NCBI GenBank assembly: GCA_964016885.1
Contig: OZ024750.1
Location: forward strand, 13,826,001 to 13,890,000
Length of the DNA stretch: 64,000 nt
Direction: 5' to 3'
DNA from: Eledone cirrhosa
Taxonomy: Eukaryota
Positions 50,970 through 64,000 of this stretch are shown here, in pieces. The position numbers and the translations under genes are program-made. The notes under the pieces were generated by a model, which saw only the letters and a program-made list of their open reading frames with translations, did not search any database and was not told where the DNA came from. Numbering within the stretch: position 1 is the first letter of the stretch; the number at the start of each line of letters is the position of its first letter.

Positions 50970-53900
50970 CTTTAAAAAGAAAAAAAGTTACAAGATTGTA
51001 GATAATAATAATGAAATTATTATGTAGAGTACATAGATTAATGTACAAATGTCATGAAAGTGAACGGTATGAGTCATGATATACATGGGGGGGGGGGGGG
51101 GGTATCGTGTAGTGTTGGCGAATTTCAGGAAGAATGGAGGTTTTAAAAGATGCAGGTAGTTTGTTCCATGCTTCAGCAACTCAGCATGAAAAAATGTTTC
51201 TGAAAGTCATGGGAGATGTGCATGTCCATAGGTGTTTGACATGGAATTCAAAAAGGTGGTCAGGGTTGGAGAGATGTATCAAACAGTACAGTTAAATTTT
51301 AAAATAATCATACTAAAAGTATTGCTTAGTAATAGTAACTAAGAAAATTTCATCCATTCAATGTCCATTGCCCCTGCTAGCAAGGGTTGGACAGGTCTTC
51401 ACAGACCAAGTCTGTACTTAAGTGAGATTACTGACCTCCCAGATGAACTGGAGGAGTCTGCTTCTCGCTTACATACAATCCCACCGACCAAGTGCATTTT
51501 ATCAGGATACCAGCATCAAGGAAGTCGTCATGTCTTTGACAGCTGGATGCCCTTCCTATCACCAGCCACTTTACAGAGTGTACTGGGAGCATTTATCAGC
51601 ACTAGAAAGGTTATTGGTCAGTTTCAACTAAAGAGTCCGTTCTGCTCTACAGGGGTGGGTGGATAAGGTAAGAAGGAAGATAAGTATGATGTTTTAAGTG
51701 CATGACAAGTGTAGTGGGATTTGACAGGGTGACGAGGAAGTAAGGGGTAACTTCTGATAGCATACCATGGGGAGGGGGAGGGGACTCATCAGAGTCAGGA
51801 TATTAGTGAGGGGGAGGACCTCATACATGGGTCAGATGACATTTATGCTGGTAGGCTTGTCTTCTCCATTACAGCATGCCCCCAATTTCCGTGGTCCTTT
51901 GTTGTGAGGTCCAGCTTTTTTAAGTTGGTCTTCACTACCTTATCCCAAGTCTTCTTGGGTTTGCTCCTTCCATGAGTCCCAACCAGAGATTTCTCTACCA
52001 TTCTTTCTAAACACGCTTCCTTTACAATTCTAACCCATGCTAGCGTGGAAGATAGACATTATACGATGATGATGATGATACATCAAGTTGGTTGGTGTGA
52101 CTAAAATGTTTTGACAAATCAGTTATTTTTACCTTATGTGGCCATATTGTTTTTTCACTTCAAACTTGATGAAACTGAGAGGGTACTTTGATGTATCTAG
52201 ATAAAAATCCACTGTAACTTTCGACATGCTTTTTAAACAGCAAAATGTGATGGTGATGCTGCAAGGAAGAAAATTATAACTTTTATAACAATTATTTATC
52301 AGTTTACAGTAGATTATACAGCATTTAAAATTAAGTAGAAACTTGATAAAATATGAGCTAAATTTAGCAAAACAATCGAGTCATCATCATCATCATCATC
52401 ACTGTATAAATTCTATTTTCCATGCTTGCATGTGTTATATTATGAAGCTAGCCATGTCAAAGGTTGTCATTAATGCCAACCACATTATAGTATGTACTGG
52501 GAGCTTTTTTTTTTTTGTCATCACCACAACCACTTTACAGGGTAAACTGGGTGCCTTTTGTCATGGCACCAGTTTGACCACCTTACAGGATGAACTGGGT
52601 ACTTTTTTTGTTGTTATGGCATCAGTATAACCACCCGACAGAGTGAACTAGGTACATTTAGTTGTGGTACCAGCAATTGAAAAATTAGTTGATTTAATGC
52701 CTCAGCTTCCTCCAGAATAGTTCCTTAAACACAACAGACAAAATACAAATTTCCTGTATATTATAAAATTTCATGTAAAGCATGAAAGTCTTAAATATCA
52801 GGTGCTGCCAGTCTTCATAAAAAATTAGTGAAAAATTAACAAAACTGAACGACGGATGAATTCAAACACATTAGAATTCATCATCATCTAACCAAGGTTA
52901 AACAGGTTATCAGCAAACCAGTTTGGTACTCAAAGCAAAGGTTTTGAATCCATGGTAGCACAGGAGCCTGCATCTATCTTACATTTCTGTACCATACCAA
53001 TTGTTCAGTGGAACCAGTGGCTCACTACACTTTCACTCAGTAGTGTGTGGAATTGTGTGTATTTTATTATGACACCAGAACTAAAAAAATGTTATGTCCT
53101 TGACACAACAACTACAGACATTCTATTTCACATTACTTAACTGGTAATGTGAATTCTAGAATTCCAGTGGTGGAGAGAAAAGGGGGGGAAAGGTCAAAGT
53201 GGTGGGGAGGAAGGTGCAGAAAGAAGAAAGGAAATATTCATACCAGTTATTTTGTAATTTCAAACAATATCTTATTGAGAAGAAATGAATCTCTTTCGCC
53301 AAATCTTCCAATTTCATCATTTCAGCACTATATACACTCAGCAACTAGAAGGAAAATATGAAAAAAAAAAAAAATGAGAATAGAGTTTAAGATTTATGTT
53401 AAAAAGAAACAAAAATATGTTAATCAGTGTTATTTAATAGCAGTTATAGGTAGCCTACCTGTGGGAACTGTGATATATATTAATGTAGAATAGGTAACAC
53501 ACCTGTTATATATATATAGTATTTAAACTGTTATCATTTGTTATATGTTCGTTTAACTTAGAATCTAATCTTTTCAATAATATGGATAAATCTGTCAGAC
53601 CTTTCTAAAAATAAACTTCTCATAAACTTTCCCATTTCCCCACCCCCACACACCACCATTGTTATTTGGTCCAATCATAATTCAGCGGTTTATAGTATGT
53701 TTCTCTTACCAATCTCTATGACAAAGCCACCGCCTCGGCTATTACTCCTTAAGTTTAGACCTGGTTGCTTTTCGATATGCTAGATGGATTACAGAATTTG
53801 GAGAATCTGAACAATTTGAACAATCTGAACACTCAATGACAATGTCAAAGATAAAGATAAATTCACCTCCCGCTGCTGGACGAGAATGCAAGGACTGTAA

Positions 53901-56900
53901 ATGTGGTTGGTGTTAGGAAGGGCATCCAGCCGTAGAAAACCTGCTAGATAGTCCTACACGAGCGAGACACGGTCACCCGACCAATCTTGCCTCAAGTGGG
54001 ACAATTCCAGGCTATCTCATGCTAGCGTGGAAGATAGACGTTAAACGATGATGATGATGATTAGCGCAGTATAGGTAACACACCTGTAATATATATATAT
54101 TAGTATAGGTAACCCACCTGTGAGAACTGTGATATATTAGTGCAACCTTTAAAGATTTCTGTATTTAAGTTTGCTTTCCTCATTTTATGGGCCAAACGTA
54201 ACCAAGGATGATCATCTGCCACACCTGAAAGCAAATATAAAATTCAATATTTACAGTAACATGAGGAACACAATTTTGTCAATCTTTTATTACAGAAGTT
54301 TATTGTGAGGATAAAATAAATACTAGAATTATTAAGATTATCATTGGCGTCACACTACACTGGCGTCACACTGGTGCCACGTTAGTAGTGTCAAGTTAAA
54401 CCGTGTCACACTACATCGGTGTCACGTTAAACCGTGTCACACTGGTGCCACGTTAGTAGTGTCAAGTTAAACCGTGTCACACTGGTACCACGCTAGTAGT
54501 GTCAAATTAAACAGTGTCACACTACATCGGTGTCAAGTTAAACTGTGTCACACTACATTGGGGTTAAGTTTCACTGCTGTCCCGTTACATTAGCATCACA
54601 TTACTCTGCTGTCATGTTACATCAGCGTCACAAAGAATTTGTCAGCCCGATGCTACAGTAGACATTTGCCCAAGGTGCCACCTACTGAGATAGAACATGA
54701 AACCACCTGGTTCCAAAAACAACTATGCTTACTACATTATCAGTTAGAACATTTAAGTAATAGAACAATAATATGATTTAAACCAGCTGTATCCAGCCAG
54801 AATTCTCTCACCTCTTTCTGTTCAAACCAGCCATAACTAGCCATTCATACTTATGTAAAGGTATTGTTCTCAAAATAAGTAATATCAAAATTTCATAGCT
54901 TCAATATTATGTGAGATAATTGTAAGATAAAGCCTTTACCATAAAAATACAATAGTATATATAGAATAATGTAAATGCTAATGGGTTAACCAAACTTACT
55001 TTCCCAAACTTCATCTATTACGAAATATATTTCAGTTATATTTTCCAGTGAATCATTATGTACACACAACTGCAGTGTACTCATCCAGAAAGTAAATTTT
55101 TTCACATTCTTTTGTAACTCCCACAGTTTCCATGGTGACAAGCTGAAAGAAAAAAAAAAGCTAAGTGAAGGATGATGGTATGACAGAATTGGATAAAATA
55201 CTTTGCGCTGTTTTAGTTCTTAACATTCTGAGTTCAAATTTCACCAAAAATTAACTTTGCTTTTCATCCCTCCTGGGTCAATAAAATAAAGTACCAGTAA
55301 TGCACTGGAGTTGATATAATCAAATGTTCTCCACAGCACAAATTGCTGGCCTTGTGCCTAAATAGAATATCAGTAATTAGTTAAACCAAGCCTAAATTAA
55401 CTATTTCTGATTCTAAGACAAAACATGATTAACTATTCATAATAAACACACACACACACACACATTTCTGAAATATAATGGTTTCTAGAACAATAGTGAA
55501 ATATTGAGGACCCTCTTCATACATTAACAGTGGCACTAACATATGTAAGTTTATTATATATTGCATATGCCTTCATACACATATGATGGCTGCAAACTCA
55601 CGCTAAGAGTATTGCAATCGCTTGTCAGATTCAGATGTGTGACACTCGGATATGGCTTTTCAAGCCTGCTAGAGACTTGCACTCTTTTGCACATTGAGGA
55701 CAACAATGGATCTCCCTGGCCTCAGGTCTTGCATCAGATTACTTGTGAGCCTTCACAATACTGTGGAGATCATAGTTCGCTGGTTCTCTCTGAACATGGC
55801 TGCAACTGTGGCTCTTGAGACCAGATTTGCTCAAGTAAATCTTTCCACACTCAGGGCACACCAGTTCAATGGAGACACCAATTGTTTCGAGAAATACACC
55901 AGGGCATTGCTTACATACACACATACATATAGTCATACATACATATAAAAACTTACATGGAATAAAAGTCCAGTTCAATAAACTTCTTCTCAAGAGAGAG
56001 TTGTTCAGGAGATTCTCCATTCTGTACTTGTTGGTAAATATTGTCTAACCTTGTACATTCTGCAACTAGTTGACTTTTCCCCTCTGATAGCTGGGTACAT
56101 TGTCTGTAAAGATCAACATCAACAAAATAATATAAAAATAATCAATAATTTGTTTTTAGAATTAACCCTTTAGCATTTAAACCGGCCATATCCGGCCAGA
56201 ATTTTCTCACCCCTTTCTGTTCAAACCCGCCATAAATTGCCACTCATACTGATGTTAAGATATTGTTTATCAAAATAGCACATATTCGATATGATGTGAA
56301 GTAAAGCCTTTACTGTGAAAATACAAAAATATACTGAAAGTAATGTAAATTCTAAGGGGTTAAAGCAGGTCACCAGCAATAGTTTTCTTAACGACACTAC
56401 AGTAACACAGACCAACACACCACCACCACTCTTGTGTAAAATAGATCAACACACCACCACTAACTCTTTTGTAAAATAGACCAACACACCACCACTAACT
56501 CTTTTGTAAAATAGACCAACACACCACCACCACTCTTGTGTAAAATAGACCAACACACCACCACCACTCTTGTGTAAAATAGACCAACTCACCACCACTA
56601 ATTCTTTCGTAAAATACTCTCTAAAAAAATTACCAAAACTTATCTGAGGTGGATACTTACATAGAAAGTTGTTTTTCTTTTTGTGATGTGGAGTCAGCTT
56701 CTATAAAAGTGAAACAGTCAAAAAATAAAATATATATTTGAGGGATGACTCAAGAAGAAGAAGAAGAAGAAGAAGAAGAATTTGCTGTATTTAAAATAAA
56801 AAGTGTAATTGTATTACTTACTATCCATATATTCTCTACCTTCTCTGTAATATTTTATCTGGTCTTCAGAATGTTCACTCTTAGAATTTAACACTTCTAT

Positions 56901-58881
56901 TTTTTCATCTAAATCTTTCAATACTGGAAAAGAATGAATGCTGAAATTAATCTTCCTGAAATCAGAATATATTTAAATACAATTTCACTTTAATTTTAGC
57001 ATCATACAATGTTGTTGTTGGACTTGTGTCTTTTCTGATGAAGAACGTGCCAGTTCATTCAACCAACGGAACTGCCTGCTTGTGAAATTAATATGAAAGT
57101 GGCTGAGCATTCTACAGATACATGCAGCCATAATGTAGTTATCAAGGAGAATCAGCATGACACTCATCATCATCCTCATCAGCGTTTAACAACCATTTTT
57201 CCACTCTAGCACAAATTGTCCTGTTGTGATCAATGCCAGGTCAGATGACCATGTCTTGCTCATACAGAACTGATTCTGGCTTGGTTTCTACAGCTGGATA
57301 CCGTTCCTAACACCAAACTCATCTTCAATGAGTACTGGGTGCTTTTTGTTGTGAGACCAACACAACCACTTTACAGTGTGGATGACTTGGGTGGTGGAAC
57401 GGGAAGATCTAGGAAAGTTTGGGTTGAAGTGACAAAACTTGATCTAGCACAATTAAACCTCACAACAAAGTTTACACAGGATAAAGATCTCTGGCATCAT
57501 GCTGTACTGCAGAAGACCTGCCTTCCCATGTGCACAAAATAAAATAAAACAAACATGTAGAAGACACTAATCAACAACAATCTTCTTTCCATTATCCCCA
57601 TTCACTCTCCTCATTCGTAATCTCCTGCTGATGTCCCAAGCCAGGGATCTGTGCCTCACTTATGTATGGTCTCACGTTCCATCGAGTGCTCAGTAGAGGT
57701 TGTCATGCCTTAGACACAACTAACAGTTCTATAGTAGAAAAACATTTGCCCAAGGTGCCACACAACAGGATTGAACTCAGAACTATGTGGTTGAGAAACA
57801 AAATGCAGCTCTCAATGCAAAAATTCTTTGAAAAATAAAAATGTTTAAACCTTCATCCAAGTTAAATATTGATTGGTCAAATTCTGAAGTAATATTCTCC
57901 ATTTGAGCTTTGGCTTCTTCCATTTTTACCACTTTATTCTGTAAAAATAATAATAATTATTATTATTATTATAATGATAATGACAAAAGGGCTTCCAGTC
58001 CACCCTGTAAAGAAGTCATATTAGTGACACGACAAATAGCACCCAGTCCACCCTGTAAAGTGGTCATGCTGGTGACACGACAAAAAGCACCCAGTCCACC
58101 CTGTAAGGTGGTCATATTGGTGACAACAAAAACCACCCAGTCCACACTTAAAAGTGGTGTTTTGGCACCACTATAAAAAACACCCAGCTCACCCTGTAAC
58201 TGGTGTTATGTATTGTGTTGCTATTATTTGTATCAATGTTTTTTGTTGTGGTAGTGTTGGGGTAGTTGATAGCAGTGGTAGTTGATGACGGTGTTGTTGA
58301 TACTAGTGGGGTTTTTTTTTGTGTATTAGTTATATTTTGTTGCAACATCAGTATCAAAGTTTTTAAAATTAGGAAATTAGCTTCATACTTTTCTCATGCA
58401 GAGATATTGTTGTTGTCACTGTTTCTCCCCTCATCACTGTTAGCTTGTTCGGTGGTGACATCAAAGCAGCATAGAGTGAAAGAGAGGGTGAAAAAATGTT
58501 TGGCGTCATATTATTTATTGTTGTTTGAATTTATCAACTAATTGCTTTTGTAATTTCAGCCCCTAAAAGTAGAAAAGGTCTACCAACCCTTTATAAGGCG
58601 GTGGTTTCCTTAAACAAAACAAAAAATTAAGTCTTTTCGGAACCCCAAAACAGGTTTAAATGCCTATAGATTGTCACCTACCTTCGAAACAGAGAAAAAT
58701 ATTTTACTTGCTTCAATGTACCAAAAAGAAATAAAAGTTTATAACATCTCAGTTATTACCTTGTAGGCTGAAGATAAGTCACTAAAGAATGTAGCTTTTT
58801 TCTGCTTCATTTTGATGTCGGTTATCTGTCTACAAATCTTGAAATCTTCCAACAGCTCTTTCTTTATATTTTCCTTCTACA

Positions 58882-58915
<34 letters not shown>

Positions 58916-59268
58916 CACACACATATATATAATGGCTGCAACTTGATTTCAAGAAATGCAGTAGCTGGATACTTAAGCATGAGCACCATGGAGACGACTT
59001 TTTTTTTTTGTTCAGCTAGGGACTTGCATATGACCAGCAATACCATGCATTGCAAAAAATGTCATATCAAGTGATGCTTGTGCTTGAAGCTTTTTTTAAG
59101 TGAGGAAAGGCTTTGCACGGGGCGAATATCTCACTCTCTGAACATTGAATGTATTTGCCAAAAAAGAACGTCTTCATCATTAGATGCAAACGAAGTCACA
59201 GGTTTTATATCAGAGTGACCTTCTCCTAGAGAGATGTCTTCATGAAGACTAGGAGTTTCTCGCTCCAC

Positions 59269-59307
<39 letters not shown>

Positions 59308-59326
59308 ATATGTGTGTGTGTATATA

Positions 59327-59368
<42 letters not shown>

Positions 59369-62300
59369 CACATATATATATATACACACATATATATATA
59401 TCAGTAAACAGTAAGCAATACCTAACAACTGGCCCAGCAATAAAATAGTATTTTAATAAATCACTGGATTAGTAGTTAAACAGTATTTTAATAAATAACT
59501 GGACTAATAGTTAAAAGTGTACTGGGCCAGTAGTTAACAAATGACTGGACCAGCAGTAAATAAATAACTAGATCAGCAGTTAATAAATCGATATTTTCAT
59601 AAATCAATCAATAAATGTAATAAAAGTTCAAAACATACGGTTTTCGTTTTTTCCATTTCTTCTAAAACATTTCTGAATCGATAGAGAAGCTCCGGATCTT
59701 TAAATTCTTTCAACAATCTAGAGAATAATAAATATTTTTTAGGTTAAGTAATAAATTATGCAATAAATTTTGAACTATATATATATTTCTTTTAATTTAA
59801 GAGTGCATGCTTTACTTTATATGCTAGAAGGCATGTTAATAATGACACATTCACAGTATGCTCCTCTAAATGTTCTTCACCCACTTATTTCTGAAATGGT
59901 CATGAGGGCAGAGTACTCAGACACTACCTTCCAGAGGGTAGTATCAGAAGCAACCGTCTACAAATGATCCAACTAGATCCCCAATTGAGCTTATGGATGT
60001 TATCTAACCATCTTACTCATGATCTACCTCTGAGTATCTTGCCAGTTGACTTTGTCTGTAGTCCCAGAGCTGTGAACTCTCAATGCAGAGAAATAGCGAC
60101 TCTACCTCGTGCAACTCTCTAATCTCCCCTATCAAGTAACATTACTCCAAATCCCTCCAGAGGAACTCCATTTCAGCTGCTTGTATATAAATGTTGAAGA
60201 CTCAAATCCTGGTTAAAGATAACAATTGATCTGCCTTGAAAAAATCTTAGCCAGAAAGCCACTGCATGACTACATTTCTAGTGAAATACCCTCTATTTTA
60301 ATTAATTAATTAATTAATTAAGAATTTTGAAGTATTTACTAAAATTATTAATCATTTCATTACTAAGATAGTAATGTTATTATATAAATTATTTAAATTG
60401 GAAACCTTTAAAATGAGTTGTTTTATTTCATATAACCAGAGCCAGTTTTGGTCGGGTTGGTAACTAAAATATTAAGTTACTTGATATCAAAGAAGCTTTT
60501 GGTTGGAAAAGATTACATTGTACTGGTTACCTGTAGTGTATAAATGAAAACAGTTGCTCAAAAGAGAAGCTCACTTCTCTCTAAGATGAATGAACACAAA
60601 AACACAAACACACATACACATATACAGTTATGCTCAAAGGCATATATATCTATGTACATGCATATATGCAGACTTGCCTACACATCCTTGAAATAATTTC
60701 ATACTACAAACACAAATAGAATTCAAAATAAAGTTTTGAAAATAATCACCTTTCTTCTTCAGATTTTAACTGTTGATAACTTCTCAGATTAGCCTCATAT
60801 TTAGGACAGACTAAGCACGTTAACTCCATCTTCTCTTCAACGCTTAAAGCCTTAACTGGCTAAAAAATAATGTTGAAAATTAAATATTTTAATGTAAAAG
60901 AAAAATACAAATGTCTAAAAAAAATATTTTTTATGCCCCCTAAAAAGATTTTTCCATGGGTCGTCCATGTTATGAGACATGTCTGGCCAGTTGGCTGCAA
61001 CATGCTTTTCTCAAACGGAACTGTATTTTGGCTTGGTTTTTTACAGCTGGATACCCTTCCTAATACCAACCGCATTTACAGTGTGGAACTGGGTGGTTCC
61101 ATAAGGACGGTCTGGGTGGTTCCATAAGGACAGTCTGGGTGGTTCCATAAGGACAGTCTGGGTGGTTCCATAAGGACAGTCTGGGTGGTTTCATAAGGAC
61201 GGTCTGGCCTGTTGAATTGTGGAGAGACTTAGTCAAGAATGTTTGACTGTATTTGCAATGATATGACAATGGTGATGATAACTAAGAGAGTTGACCCTTT
61301 AACATTTAAACCGGCTGTATCTGGCCACAATTCTCTCACCTCTTTCTGTTCAAACCAGCCATAACTAGCCACTCATACTGATGTTAAGGTATTGTTCTCA
61401 AAATAAATAATACCAAAATCTTATAGATTCGATATTATGTGAGATAAAACCTTTACTGTGAAAATACAATAGTATATATAGAGTAATGTAAATACTAAAG
61501 GGTTAAGACAGCAGTAAAACATGCAAACAAACAGAAAAGAGTAAAATTTATTTTACCACTGCAGTTCCAAATGCAGTAGAATTTCGGCAATTCAAAGCAA
61601 CGACCTCTAGTTTATCAATACCAATCAACGATAAAAGATCTTCAATTGTTTCAACTTCCATCTACAATAAAATATATGTTGGATTAGATTTTTTTGAAAA
61701 GCTAAATGAAGAAAATATCTTTAACACCTAAATATATAATTCATGTACATTTGTATATAGATCTGCAGTAAGTCTATGTGTGAGGCCATAGCAGCAAAAT
61801 TGGAGGTAAAGATGCAGATATGGAAAAGAGAGGTATAGAGAGGGGGAGGGGGCATACATGCATGTGTTACATGGAGAAAGAGGTTGATAAAAAGAATCTG
61901 AGAGAGACAGTGAGAGAAAATGAGAGTGAAAAGGACAGAATTGTTAGACGCCCCAATAAAATGCCATTGTAATATTTGTTCTCGCTCTTAAACAATACAA
62001 TTTCAAATCTCATCACGGTCAGTTTTGTCTTTCATTCTTCCAGAACCAATAAAACAAAGTACCAATGAAGTAGTGCGGTTGATTTAATCAACTTTGCCCG
62101 TCTAAATCAAAAATGATAAGGTGCATTAAAATCTAAAAATAATACTTACCAAAGATAAAGGCCTTTCCATAGATGGAATGTGCATGTTCATTAAAAATCG
62201 ATTGCATAATATAGATCCTGAAACATCATTCAACGTAGAAATGCCGTTTCTAATATCTAATATACTTCTATCAGTCATCAGTGAAGCAGATCTTGATGGT

Positions 62301-62502
62301 TGCTGACAATTTGATTTTTGCTCTCTCTTTTCAGGTGACACATCCAAAGTTTCTTCAGTAGAAATGTTTTCGAGCAAGCTATCAAATTTTTCATCCATAA
62401 TATTAGACACATCTGAAGTGATATTAAATATAATTTGATAAAATGACATAAAACTTTAATAAATGACTAAGTTTCAGAAAACTGATGTACACACACACAC
62501 AC

Positions 62503-62550
<48 letters not shown>

Positions 62551-64000
62551 AACGAGTAGGACCCCGACGGCTGAGCTCAAGCCGTTTCGACGGCTAATTC
62601 TGTCCAGAATTAGCCGTCGAAACGGCTTGAGCTCAGCCGTCGGGTCCTACTCGTTCCTATTACCCACTCTACTACCCTAAGTATTGAGTACTTTGGTGCG
62701 TTATGGTCCACCTGGTTCCTTACCACATTTCCTTCGTTATATATATATATATATATATATGTTAGTATCACAAAACATCCAGCTCACACTGTAAAGTGGT
62801 CTTGTAGGTGTCACGACAAAAAGCATGCAGCCTACACTGCAAAGTGGTCAGGTAAAAGACACAGCAAAAAGCACCCAGCACACACTGTAAATGTAGGTGT
62901 AGTCATATTCACCACGCTTGGCCAATTGCGGGTTGGTGAGGCTATTTAACCTATAGTTGGGGTGGATGTATAGACCCGTAACTCTTGATAGAGTGAAGGG
63001 ATAAGGATGCTGTAGTGACAGAGTGTGTCTTAGTCATTTTAAACTCGATGGATTCCTTCCAGAGGGTGTGAGAGAGAGAAAGTGAGAAAGAAATATAGAA
63101 GAATCGACTCCTCTACTGGAATAGTACGTTTTTTTTTATCGACCTCAAAAGGTTGAAAGGCAAAACTGATCTGAGTCGAAACGAATACCACAAAGCATTC
63201 TATCCAACATTCTAATAACTCTGCCAATTATATTACTGATTTTCTAACAATATCCATCAAATACAAACTTACCAGCATCGTCAAAATCAAAGCCGACATC
63301 AATTTTGTTTGATACATTGTTTCCATCATTGTATTTAGCTCCACTTGTATCAGTTTTAACAGCTTTATCTGGCCGTATACAGTTCTCACCCATCAAACTG
63401 TCCTTATTCATGGTAACCAAGTTACTCCTACAAACACTTTCATGTAATTTTGAATTAATTGTTTCAGAATAGGCTTGTCTTCTAGAAAATGAATTTGAAA
63501 TATTGAAAGAAAAATCATTTTCTTTTTTTCGATTACTTATAGATGAGTATTGAGGTCGATGGTATTTATTAGACACATCTGTATTATCAATTTTCAGATC
63601 ACTATCAGTAAAACTAAAACTATTTTTCATTTCACCTTTCTTAACAGTTTCTATTACATTGCCAATATTAAAGAGTTTATTTTGCAGTTTTGTCAATGGA
63701 TTATTTGTCTTAATTAACTTGGGTTTTTCAGTTTCTGTTTTGTTATCCTCTATGCCATTTTCTGATAACTTCTCTGCCTGAACACAAGATGCTGTTGTTT
63801 GATATGCATCACTTCTAATTACACTTTCTTCGTGGTAATTTCTTTCGTATGGAATCTGTACTGAAGGTGGTATTATTTCCTCATTCGTGTGAGCAAAATT
63901 TTCCTTAGTCATTTCTGGGCAATCAGACCTAAGATGTGATATAGATTCTTCTGTCTCTACAGAATCCAAATGTGAAGTAGAACTCTTAGATATTTCTTTC
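50864..64000 (-). CDS. KNL1: Kinetochore scaffold KNL1 (CASC5/Spc105), 3' part: disordered region, coiled coil, tandem RWD domain
   Basis: Exons (minus strand): >64000-63273, 62412-62150, 61661-61557, 60859-60750, 59717-59639, 58876-58760, 57938-57851, 56923-56822, 56700-56661, 56103-55957, 55142-55000, 54224-54118, 53344-53244, 52258-52133, 50969-50864 (TAA). Phases are consistent throughout. The C-terminus [28 protein letters not shown]...[10 protein letters not shown]...[12 protein letters not shown]...DLAKEIHFF...[28 protein letters not shown]...[23 protein letters not shown] aligns by eye to the human KNL1 RWD as recalled (LSLSEWDVVEWSDDQAVFTFVYDTIQLTI...PSSLLVHKL...TCTTQHQLPKML...LLGEEIEYL...LRLLFSSSAAFAKFEITLFLSAYYPS...SQDDIATILSKVPLENNYLKNVV). 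Confidence 0.82.
54345..54632. repeat. Degenerate minisatellite (gtgtcacact/gtgtcaagttaaacc units)
   Basis: Direct repeats visible. Confidence 0.75.
55000..55142 (-). CDS. KNL1: KNL1 exon, start of RWD domain
   Basis: [47 protein letters not shown]. Confidence 0.8.
55560..55912 (-). mobile_element. Decayed LINE 3' end with C2H2-type zinc-finger remnant
   Basis: [23 protein letters not shown] in a stop-ridden context inside a KNL1 intron. Confidence 0.55.
56409..56615. repeat. ~34-bp minisatellite, ~6 copies
   Basis: agaccaacacaccaccaccactcttgtgtaaaat. Confidence 0.85.
61089..61206. repeat. 23-bp tandem repeat inside a SINE, ~5 copies
   Basis: ctgggtggttccataaggacagt. Confidence 0.85.
62150..62412 (-). 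CDS. KNL1: KNL1 exon
   Basis: [17 protein letters not shown]...MERPLSL; ttcag| acceptor and |gtaagt donor. Confidence 0.8.
62546..62737 (+). mobile_element. Young fold-back element (~56-bp hairpin plus unique tail) carrying the 3' half of a hammerhead core; Penelope-like pLTR or retrozyme-like
   Basis: Near-perfect palindrome 62546-62660 with apex at 62603-62604. Contains GAAA-cggct-tgagctc-agccg-TC. It is CpG-rich and inserted in (TA)n. Confidence 0.6.
63273..64000 (-). CDS. KNL1: KNL1 large exon (low-complexity S/N/K/E-rich), continues beyond the window
   Basis: 241-aa ORF open to the window edge; G|gtaagt donor at 63272. Confidence 0.85.

Noticed and set aside
53710-53824. Exon-like segment on the minus strand ([20 protein letters not shown]) with a gtaaga donor, vaguely like the neighbouring KNL1 exon
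   Set aside because: Stop codons in all frames, and the flanking exons already join in phase without it.
60816-60830. Literal MELT peptide (EEKMELTC) in a KNL1 exon
   Set aside because: It lies at the start of the C-terminal coiled-coil region rather than the N-terminal disordered repeat region, so it is probably coincidental.

Overview
AT-rich, intron-rich animal genomic DNA. The dense SINE/MITE and (TA)n/(CA)n/(GAT)n landscape looks like an octopus or other coleoid cephalopod (inference). Three genes were reconstructed by hand from splice signals. (1) The first coding exon of REPS1 (- strand, 25942-26091), whose first intron appears to run off the left edge. (2) A complete 15-exon RBBP4/RBBP7 (Caf1-55/p55) gene (+ strand, 27446-49417, 426 aa), head-to-head with REPS1. 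(3) The 3' half of a divergent KNL1/CASC5/Spc105 kinetochore gene (- strand, 50864 to >64000), convergent with RBBP4. Almost all other listed ORFs are spurious. The most interesting features are in RBBP4 intron 3: two frame-preserving 33-nt candidate microexons in a repeat-poor block with many TGCATG (RBFOX) motifs, a sense-strand minimal type I hammerhead ribozyme, and a perfect ~90-bp fold-back hairpin. Across the window there is also a set of small microsatellite-embedded elements carrying hammerhead cores, fold-back inversions and a shared tail motif, probably Penelope-like or retrozyme-like.
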